Of a DNA stretch of 64,000 bases, positions 56,752 to 64,000 are shown piece after piece. The translations under genes were made by a program, and so were the position numbers. Position 1 is the stretch's first letter. Each line of letters opens with the position of its first letter. The stretch spans positions 2,048,001 through 2,112,000 of the forward strand of contig OZ219866.1 in assembly GCA_964291675.2 (NCBI GenBank). Reading direction: 5' to 3'. The stretch is from Alphaproteobacteria bacterium (GTDB taxonomy: Bacteria > Pseudomonadota > Alphaproteobacteria > MPNO01). The notes beneath the pieces were generated by a model that worked only from the letters and a program-made list of their open reading frames with translations, ran no database searches and was not told the origin of the DNA.

Positions 56752-59163
56752 CTATGCTTTCAATCGATCGTTCCTCGGGTCGTAGACAGGCTCGGCAAGC
56801 ACTCTGGCGCCGCGGCGGCGGCCCAGGATCGCGACTTCCAGCTCGGTGTCGGGCGCGGCGAGATCCGGCTCGACGAAGGCGAAGGCGAGGCTCTGGCCCG
56901 CGGCGTATCCATACGCGCCGCTGGTCGTAAGCCCGACCAGGCGGCCGTCCGCATAGACCGGCTCGTTGCCGTGCGCGTCCGCGTCGTCCGCATCGACCGA
57001 CAGATAGACCAGGCGGGGGCGGGCGCCCTCGGCGGCGCGGGCGGCCACCGCGTCCTTGCCGACAAAGGGGCTCGCCATGTCGACGAACCGGTCGAGCCCG
57101 CCTTCCAGCGGCGTGAGCTCGGTCGTCAGCTCCAGGCCCCAGGCCTTGTAGCCCTTCTCCATGCGCAGCGCGTTCATGGCGTAGAGGCCGCAATCCCTGA
57201 CGCCCCAGGCCTCGCCCGCCTCCATGACCGCGTCGTAGAGCGCGTCCATGCGGTCCATCGGATGGTGAAGCTCCCAGCCGAGCTCGCCCACATAGGACAC
57301 CCGGAGCGCCCGTACCGGCACGCCGGCCACCTCGATCTCGCGCGCCGACAGCCACGGAAACGCCGAATTGCCGAGGTCCGCGTCGGTCAGCCCGGCGAGC
57401 AGCTCGCGCGAACGCGGACCGGCGACGGCCAGCACCCCGTAATCGTCGGTCACGTCGACGATCTCGACGTCCTCGGATGCGCGCCGGCGCTGCACCAGCC
57501 AGTCGTAATCGTGGATCTGCGCGACCGAGGCCGAGAGCAGGTAGAACCGGTTCTCGTCCAGCCGCGTCACGGTGAACTCGCTCTCGATGCCGCCGAGCCC
57601 GGTCAGGGCGTGGGCGAGGACGATCCGGCCGTTCCGCGGTATCCGGTTGGCGACGATGCGATCGAGAAACCCGGCGGCGTCGGGGCCGGCGACGTCGAGC
57701 TTGGCGAAGGCCGAGAGATCCAGCACGCCGACGCGCTCGCGCACCGCCCGGCACTCCTCGCCCACCGCGTCGAACCAGTTCATGCGGCGAAAGCCGTAGC
57801 GCTCCTCGACGCCGGGCGGTGCGAACCACTTCGCCCGCTCCCAGCCGAAGGTCTCGGCGAACACGGCGCCGCGTTCCGCGAGCCTGTCGTGGATCGGCGT
57901 GGTCCTGACCGGGCGGCCCGCATCGCGGAACTCGCCGGGATAGTGCACCTGGTACATCCGGTGGTACTCGTCCACCGCCTTGGACAGGCTGTAGCGCCCC
58001 GTCGCCCACGCGCCGAACCGTCTCGCCTCCATCTCGCGCACGTTGATCTCGGTCTGGCCGTGCACCATCCACTGCGCCAGATACTTGCCCGCCCCGGGCC
58101 CCTGGGTGATGCCGATTCCGGCGCCGCAGCACAGCCAGAAATTCTCGAATCCCGCCGCCGGGCCGATGAGAAACCCGCCATCCGGCGTGTGGGTGATGGG
58201 CCCGCTGACGACCCGCTTGATGCCGGCGTGCTCGAACGCCGGGATGCGCCTGGCGGCGAGCTCCAGCCACGGCATCAGGCGGTCGATGTCGGGCGGCAGC
58301 AGCTCGGCGTCGAACGACCAGTCGATCCCGTCGAGCGCCCAGGGCTCGGCGCCCTCGGTCTCGTAGGGGCCGACGATCAGCCCGCGCTGCTCCTGGCGGT
58401 AATAGCAGGACGCGCGCGGGTCGCGGACCACCGGGGGCTCCCGCTCCAGCGCGGCGACCGCGTCGATGTCTTCGGTGACCAGGTATTGATGGACGACGTT
58501 GACGATGGGAACGTCGATGCCGGCCATCGCGCCCACCCGCGGCGCGAACCCGCCGGCGGCGTTGACCACGTGCTCGGCGACGATGGTGCCCTGCTCGGTC
58601 ACGACGTCCCAGCTCCCGTCGGCCCGCCGGGCGATGTCGACGACCCGGTTGCGGAGCGAGATCTCGGCGCCGCCGGCGCGCGCGACGGCGGCCATCGCCA
58701 TGGTGCTGCTGGCCGGATCGGTGTGCCCGTCGCCCGGCGTGTAGGCGCCCAGCAGCACGCCGTCGGTGTCCAGCAACGGATGCAGCGCGGAGATTTCCGC
58801 CGGGCCGATCAGGTGGCACTCCGCGCCGACGCAGCGCAGCACGCCCTCGACGTAGCGGAACCAGTCGACCTCGTCCCTATTCGTCGCAAGGCGTATGGCG
58901 CCGCAGCCGTGCCAGCCCGTGGCATGGCCGGCCTCCGCCTCCAGCCGCCGGTACAGCCGGGAGGCGTAGAGATGCACCTTGGCCATGTTGAGGCTGCCGA
59001 TGAAGTGGGGGATCAGCCCGGCCGCGTGCCAGGTGGAGCCCGACGTGAGCTCGCCCTTCTCCACCAGGACGACATCCGACCACCCCTCCTCGACGAGGTG
59101 GTAGAGGAGCCCGACCCCCATGACGCCGCCGCCGATCACGGCGACGCGCGTATGCGACTTCAC
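56752..59163 (-). CDS. Dimethylglycine/sarcosine dehydrogenase-like FAD oxidoreductase with GcvT domain
   Basis: IGGGVMG, TSGSTWHAAG (flavinylation His), THTPDG, GWER, SYVGELGWE, LRMEKGY. Confidence 0.92.
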   Translation of the reverse strand: MKSHTRVAVIGGGVMGVGLLYHLVEEGWSDVVLVEKGELTSGSTWHAAGLIPHFIGSLNMAKVHLYASRLYRRLEAEAGHATGWHGCGAIRLATNRDEVDWFRYVEGVLRCVGAECHLIGPAEISALHPLLDTDGVLLGAYTPGDGHTDPASSTMAMAAVARAGGAEISLRNRVVDIARRADGSWDVVTEQGTIVAEHVVNAAGGFAPRVGAMAGIDVPIVNVVHQYLVTEDIDAVAALEREPPVVRDPRASCYYRQEQRGLIVGPYETEGAEPWALDGIDWSFDAELLPPDIDRLMPWLELAARRIPAFEHAGIKRVVSGPITHTPDGGFLIGPAAGFENFWLCCGAGIGITQGPGAGKYLAQWMVHGQTEINVREMEARRFGAWATGRYSLSKAVDEYHRMYQVHYPGEFRDAGRPVRTTPIHDRLAERGAVFAETFGWERAKWFAPPGVEERYGFRRMNWFDAVGEECRAVRERVGVLDLSAFAKLDVAGPDAAGFLDRIVANRIPRNGRIVLAHALTGLGGIESEFTVTRLDENRFYLLSASVAQIHDYDWLVQRRRASEDVEIVDVTDDYGVLAVAGPRSRELLAGLTDADLGNSAFPWLSAREIEVAGVPVRALRVSYVGELGWELHHPMDRMDALYDAVMEAGEAWGVRDCGLYAMNALRMEKGYKAWGLELTTELTPLEGGLDRFVDMASPFVGKDAVAARAAEGARPRLVYLSVDADDADAHGNEPVYADGRLVGLTTSGAYGYAAGQSLAFAFVEPDLAAPDTELEVAILGRRRGARVLAEPVYDPRNDRLKA

Positions 59164-59396
59164 CGCCGGACCCGCCCGCGGATCGACCCGAACCGCGGCC
59201 GCGGCGCCCGCCCCGACGGCGCCGATTCAACGACCGAAATGACTTTCCACATCGCGACCCCACCCGCGCCGCGTCGACGCGAAACCCCAAGCAGTTTCCG
59301 ACGCTTCCGCCGATATCGCCCTTACTGCCAATCGAGCATCGACGCAAGCCGCTTTGTGTCGACGGAAGAAGATTTTTTGCGCCTGCCGTCCGGTGC

Positions 59397-60062
59397 TCAA
59401 GCTCCGCTCCGGTGGCGCTCCCGGAAGCAGGCGGCGAGACCGGCGAGCAGGGCGGCGAGGACGGCCCAGCCCTGCCAGGCGCCGAGGGTCAGCAGGGTGA
59501 AGGCGGAGAGCGCGAGCCACAGCGCCGGAACGATGCCGAGCACGGCCGTCCAGCGGCTCCGCACCGCCAGCGCAAGCACGGCGAGGGTGGCGATGGCGGT
59601 CGGATCCGGCGCGACGGCCGCGACCTCCGCCTCGCGCCAGGACCTGCCGTCGAGCGGCGCGAGGACGGGCCAGACGAAGAGCGCCGCCGCGAGAAGCCCG
59701 GTGGCGAGCCACGGCGCGCCCCTCCCCGCGACGGCGAGCCGGCCCGAGAGGCCGAGCGCCGCCAGCGCCACCGCCTCGGCGTAGAACGGCCAGGCGAGCC
59801 ACGGCGCGGCCCAGTTGAGGGCGCCGTAGCGCAGCGCCACGAACTGCCACCCGGCCCAGAGCCAGGCCGCGCCGAGCGCCGGGCCGAGCCACCGGCTCGA
59901 CGGCGGCCGGCCCCGGAGCAGGCAGAGCACCAGGAGCGCGCCGGACGCGAGCAGCAGCGGCTGGGTCGGCCAGACGAGCTCGTTCTCCAGCGCGAACAGG
60001 CGCCAATAGGCGCGCGGCGAGAACGGAACCAGGTCTTCCGGCGCCCATGCCCCGGCCATCAC
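59397..60062 (-). CDS. Integral membrane protein (DUF6064-like)
   Basis: PFSPRAYWRLFALENELVWP, APDPTAIATL; several hydrophobic helices. Confidence 0.7.
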   Translation of the reverse strand: MMAGAWAPEDLVPFSPRAYWRLFALENELVWPTQPLLLASGALLVLCLLRGRPPSSRWLGPALGAAWLWAGWQFVALRYGALNWAAPWLAWPFYAEAVALAALGLSGRLAVAGRGAPWLATGLLAAALFVWPVLAPLDGRSWREAEVAAVAPDPTAIATLAVLALAVRSRWTAVLGIVPALWLALSAFTLLTLGAWQGWAVLAALLAGLAACFRERHRSGA

Positions 60063-60083
60063 CGCCGTTCCGCCGCCGTGGCG

Positions 60084-60986
60084 CTACAGGTCGCGCACAT
60101 GCGCCGCCATGCGCCGGCGCATGGCGGCGTCCGGCATCGGGCCGAACGCGGCGGACTTGTTCTCGCGCAGATGGTCGACCCGCCGGGTCGCCGGGATGGC
60201 GGCGGTCACCGCCCGGTGCGAGAGGATGAACTTGAGCAGGAATTGCGGCCAGGTGGACACCTCGATCTCGCCCGCCCAGCCGGGCAGCGGGCGGCCCGCC
60301 AGCCGGTCCGGCAGGCGGCCGCGCCGGAACGGCCGGTTGCAGATGACCGCGATCCCGCGCTCCAGCGCGAGCGGCAGCAGGCGCCGTTCCGCCTCGCGGT
60401 CGACGATGTTGTAGGTGAGCTGGACGAAATCGGGCGCACGCCGCCGCATGATTTCCTCGATCTCGGCGTGGCGGCGCCCGTGCGAGGTGGTGACCCCGGT
60501 GTAGCGCAGCCGGCCGGCCGCCTTCATGGCCTCGATCGTGTCGAGGTTGTTCTCCCAGTCCCGCAGATTGTGGACCTGGAGCAGGTCGAACCGCCCGACG
60601 CCCCAGCGCCGGGCGGTCTCGGCGATCTGCGCCGGCCCGGCGGCGCCCCGGATCCACACCTTGTCGGCGGAGAACAGCCCCGGCGGGCGCCCCAGCCTCG
60701 TCAGCGAATCGCCGATCACCGCCTGCGAGGAGCCGTACATGGGGGACGAATCGACGATGCCCCCGCCGGCCTCGAAGAAGGCGGCCATGACCGCGCGGAC
60801 CTCGGCGCGCAGGGACGGGTCGCCGCCCACGTTGAAGGTGATCCAGCTGCCGAGCCCGACCGCCGGGACCGGCTCCCCCGTCGAAGGGATGCGCCTGGCG
60901 AGCGCCTCTCCCGCCGACGCGCGGAATGCCCGCGCGGCGAGCGCCGCGCCCGCCCCGGCCAGCACCGCCCGGCGTGTCGCGCGCAT
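60084..60986 (-). CDS. Aldo/keto reductase with twin-arginine leader
   Basis: ATG 60986 after GGAGG; MRATRRAVLAGAGAALAA; GLGSW, DSSPMYG, DKVW, LLQVHN, AIPAT. Confidence 0.9.
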   Translation of the reverse strand: MRATRRAVLAGAGAALAARAFRASAGEALARRIPSTGEPVPAVGLGSWITFNVGGDPSLRAEVRAVMAAFFEAGGGIVDSSPMYGSSQAVIGDSLTRLGRPPGLFSADKVWIRGAAGPAQIAETARRWGVGRFDLLQVHNLRDWENNLDTIEAMKAAGRLRYTGVTTSHGRRHAEIEEIMRRRAPDFVQLTYNIVDREAERRLLPLALERGIAVICNRPFRRGRLPDRLAGRPLPGWAGEIEVSTWPQFLLKFILSHRAVTAAIPATRRVDHLRENKSAAFGPMPDAAMRRRMAAHVRDL

Positions 60987-61017
60987 GCAGTCCTCCAGCT
61001 TGCCGCCCGGCGAGAGA

Positions 61018-61289
61018 CTAGCCCGCATTTCTCACCCCTGTCATGGCCTGCGCGGCGCTGTCCGGCCGACAGGGCAGGAGAGGCGCGCGGCGCGATGCGG
61101 GGACATCGGGCAAGCGCCTCGACGCACCCTGTCGGCCGGACAGCGCCGCCCGAAGGGTCGCGCCCGGGCGCCCGCCCGCGGCGTCGCGGGCCTCGACCGT
61201 AGGCACCGCTACGCTCTTCGGCCCGCTCCTGGCGGGACGAACGCCCGGGCACGACGCAGGCCGTGACAGGGGTGAGAAATGCGGGCTAG
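61018..61289. mobile_element. Non-autonomous miniature inverted-repeat element (MITE), 272 bp
   Basis: 35-bp terminal inverted repeats (61018-61052 and 61255-61289, 1 mismatch) starting CTAG; perfect internal 23-bp inverted repeat 61052-61074/61127-61149; partial copy at 34620. Confidence 0.88.
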
Positions 61290-61404
61290 AACGCTTTTCG
61301 ACGATCTTCGAGACCGTTTGGGACCTCGCGGCTGGCGGCGCCCCGCGGCGGGTGCTAGGGTTTTTGTCCCGGCACCCGGTTCACCGGTTGCGGAAGGGAG
61401 GGCG

Positions 61405-61614
61405 ATGGGCGACGTGATCCAGCTCAACCGGTACCGGAAGAAGCGGTCCCGGCTCGCCCGCAGCCGGCAGGCGGCGGAGAACCGCGCCAGGCACGGCCGG
61501 ACCAAGCAGGCCAAGGACGCCAACCGGGGCGCGCGGGAGCGCGAGGCGCGCGACCTCGATGCCAAGCTGATCGAGGACAAGACCGACCGCGAGGGCGGCC
61601 CGAAGCAGGGCTGA
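61405..61614 (+). CDS. DUF4169 family small basic protein
   Basis: GGGAGG RBS; MGDVIQLNRYRK...AAENRARHGRTK. Confidence 0.85.
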   Translation: MGDVIQLNRYRKKRSRLARSRQAAENRARHGRTKQAKDANRGAREREARDLDAKLIEDKTDREGGPKQG

Positions 61615-61764
61615 GGATAGCCGGTCCCGTTTCCGAATTTCGTTTGCCAGCGGTCGCGCCGGCACGCGGCCGTTCCCGCCGAGCCTTTTCCCCACACCGT
61701 CATGCCCGGCCCTGACGCGGTGGGCGCGCGGTTGTGGCGATCGGAAGCTTCCGAATCGGGGGCC

Positions 61765-63165
61765 CTAACCCGCGGCGGCCGCCCCGGTGTCGACGATCTT
61801 GCCCGGGTTCATCAGGTTGTCGGGGTCGAGCGCCTGCTTGATCGCGCGCATCACCGACACCCCCTCGCCGTGCTCGGCGGCGAGGTATTTCTTCTTGCCG
61901 TAGCCCACCCCGTGCTCGCCGGTGCAGGTGCCGCCCATCGCGAGCGCGCGCGCGATCAGCCGTTCGTTGACCGCGGTGGCCGCCGCCAGCTCCGCCTCGT
62001 CCTCGGTATCGAGCACGAAATCGATGTGGAAATTGCCGTCGCCGACATGGCCCACGATCGGCGCCAGCAGATCGGTCGCGGCGATGTCGCTGCGCGTCTC
62101 GGCGATGCATTCGGCAAGCCGCGAGATCGGCACGCAGACATCGGTGGGCCAGGCGCGGCAGCCGGGACGGAGCCCCATATTGGCGTAGTGCGCGTCGTGG
62201 CGGGCCTGCCACAGGGTGTTGCGGTCCTCCTGGCGGGTCGCCCACTGGAAGCCGGCGCCGCCGTGCTCGGCGGCGATCTCCTCGGCCGTCCCGGCCTGCT
62301 CGGCGACCGAGGCCTCGCTGCCGTGGAACTCGAAGAACAGCACCGGGCGGTCGGGGAGCTCGGTTCTCGACCAGCGGTTGATCGCGGCGATCTGAACCTC
62401 GTCGGCGAGCTCGATGCGCGCCACCGGGACGCCCGACTGGATGATCCGGATGCAGGTCTCGACCGCGTCGTCGACGCTGGGGAAGGCGCAGACCGCCGCC
62501 GAGATCGCCTCCGGGATGCCGGCGAGGCGGAGCGTCACCTCGACGATCACGCCGAGCGTCCCCTCCGATCCGACGAAGAGCCGCGTGAGGTCGTACCCCG
62601 CCGACGATTTGCGCGCCCTGGTGCCGGTGCGGATCGTCCGCCCGTCGGCGAGCACCGCGGTAAGCCCGAGCACGTTGTCGCGCATCGTGCCGTAGCGCAC
62701 CGCGTTGGTGCCCGACGCGCGGGTCGCGGCCATGCCGCCGATGGTGGCATCGGCGCCGGGGTCGATCGGGAAGAACAGCCCGGTGTCGCGGAGATGCGCG
62801 TTGAGCTGCTTGCGCGTCACCCCGGGCTCGACCCGGACGTCGAGATCGGCCGCGTTGACCTCGATCACGCGGTTCATCCGCGACACGTCGATCGACACCC
62901 CGCCTTGCAGCGCCGCGACATGGCCTTCGAGCGAGGTGCCGACGCCGAACGGGATCATCGGCGCGGCGTGCTCGCGGCACAGCCCGACCACGGCGACCAC
63001 CTCGTCGACCGTCTCGGGGAACGCGACGATGTCGGGCGGGAAGCCCGGGTGGTGCGACTCGTCGCGCCCGTGGCTCTCGCGCACCACGGCCGAGGTCGAG
63101 ACGCGGTCGCCCAGGAGCTCGCGCAGCCGGTCGGCGAGGCGGTCGTTGCTCAGGGTCGTGGCCAT
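61765..63165 (-). CDS. FAD-linked oxidase, D-lactate dehydrogenase (Dld/GlcD family)
   Basis: GTSLEGH, DPGADATIGGM, GSEGTLG, GHVGDGNFH, TGEHGVG, MNPGK. Confidence 0.93.
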   Translation of the reverse strand: MATTLSNDRLADRLRELLGDRVSTSAVVRESHGRDESHHPGFPPDIVAFPETVDEVVAVVGLCREHAAPMIPFGVGTSLEGHVAALQGGVSIDVSRMNRVIEVNAADLDVRVEPGVTRKQLNAHLRDTGLFFPIDPGADATIGGMAATRASGTNAVRYGTMRDNVLGLTAVLADGRTIRTGTRARKSSAGYDLTRLFVGSEGTLGVIVEVTLRLAGIPEAISAAVCAFPSVDDAVETCIRIIQSGVPVARIELADEVQIAAINRWSRTELPDRPVLFFEFHGSEASVAEQAGTAEEIAAEHGGAGFQWATRQEDRNTLWQARHDAHYANMGLRPGCRAWPTDVCVPISRLAECIAETRSDIAATDLLAPIVGHVGDGNFHIDFVLDTEDEAELAAATAVNERLIARALAMGGTCTGEHGVGYGKKKYLAAEHGEGVSVMRAIKQALDPDNLMNPGKIVDTGAAAAG

Positions 63166-63178
63166 GCGCGTTCTCCCG

Positions 63179-63973
63179 TCAGACCCGCGTCGATTCGGCG
63201 GTCCGGTCGCCGACGAACATGCAGCCCGGCATGTGGGTGATGGCGAGCGAGGGCCGCGCGTTGAGGATCGCCTCCTGCGGCGTCACCCCGCAGGCCCAGA
63301 ACACCGGAATCTGGTCGTCGTCGATGGTCACCGGCTTGCCGTATTCCGGCCGGGCGATGTCGGCGATGCCGATCGCCCCGGGGTCGCCGCGATGCACCGG
63401 CCCGCCATGCGCCATCGGGTAGCGGGCGGTGATCTCGGCGGCGCGGTCGGCGTCCGCCGGGGTGAAGGGGCGCATCGAGACCACCATCGGACCCGCGAAG
63501 GGGCCGGCCGGGACGGTCTCCCGGTCGGTGCGGTACATCGAGACGTAGCCGGTCTCGGCGATATGGCGGATCTCCAGCCCGGCGCTCTGCAGGGCGTCTT
63601 CGGCGATGAACGAGCAGCCGAGCAGGAAGGTCACCAGGTCGCCGCGCCACAGGCCGGCGATGTCCGTCGGCTCGGCGACGCACGCGCCGTTGCGGAACAC
63701 CCGGTAGCGCGGCAAATCGGTGCGGATGTCCGCCCCCGGCGCGGTGGCGCGCGGCACCGCATCGCCGCGGCCCAGGATCTCCAGCACCGGGCAGGGGCGG
63801 GGGTTGCGCTCGCAATAGGCGGCGAAATCCTCGGCATCGGCCGCCGGCAGGATCACCATGTTCGCCTGCACATGGCCCGGCGCATGGCCCGAGGTCGGCC
63901 CGTCATAGAGCCCCTCGCGGCACAGCCGCCGGAGCTCCGCCGGATCGGCGATGGTGTCGATGGTGTCGCTCAA
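63179..63973 (-). CDS. DUF1445 putative hydro-lyase (D-glutamate cyclase-like)
   Basis: GHVQAN, RNPRPCP, DIRTDLPRY, LGCSF, VVSMRP, HGGPVH, FWACGVTPQ, THMPG. Confidence 0.9.
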   Translation of the reverse strand: MSDTIDTIADPAELRRLCREGLYDGPTSGHAPGHVQANMVILPAADAEDFAAYCERNPRPCPVLEILGRGDAVPRATAPGADIRTDLPRYRVFRNGACVAEPTDIAGLWRGDLVTFLLGCSFIAEDALQSAGLEIRHIAETGYVSMYRTDRETVPAGPFAGPMVVSMRPFTPADADRAAEITARYPMAHGGPVHRGDPGAIGIADIARPEYGKPVTIDDDQIPVFWACGVTPQEAILNARPSLAITHMPGCMFVGDRTAESTRV

Positions 63974-64000
63974 GCCCGCGGGGCTCCGTCTGGTTCGGCG

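Overview
High-GC alphaproteobacterial chromosomal window; the hflKC-DUF2065-htrA-miaA-ilvBN-ilvC-leuA-mreBCD-mrdA-rodA order suggests a Rhodospirillales-type organism (inference). Housekeeping blocks (gltBD at 13.5-19.5 kb; rodA to mrp at 35-52.8 kb; tRNA-Lys(CTT)) alternate with three accessory catabolic blocks. (1) 1-13.3 kb: Mo-hydroxylase large and 2Fe-2S subunits without a flavoprotein subunit, two tandem amidohydrolases, an M24 hydrolase, a TRAP transporter, an ornithine-cyclodeaminase-like enzyme and ilvE. (2) 19.5-34.6 kb, next to the tRNA 3' end: a divergent island with two TRAP systems, three unrelated Rieske oxygenases (one MsmA-like with a short spacer), a MhpB-type extradiol dioxygenase, an amidohydrolase, EthD, an NTF2-fold protein and an SDR lacking YxxxK, but no ferredoxin, reductase or regulator. 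(3) 54-64 kb: CYP116-like P450, a DMGDH-like plus DmdA-like demethylase pair, a Tat-signal aldo-keto reductase with a membrane partner, a D-lactate dehydrogenase and a DUF1445 hydro-lyase. Non-coding signals: a 272-bp CTAG-bounded MITE with a partial second copy that supplies a stop codon, two REP/REPIN-like families, a leuA leader ORF with only one Leu, a promoter-leader-terminator before ilvB, an orphan near-consensus sigma70 promoter, and a ParDE module splitting ilvN from ilvC. All family calls come from motif recognition by eye; no searches were run.
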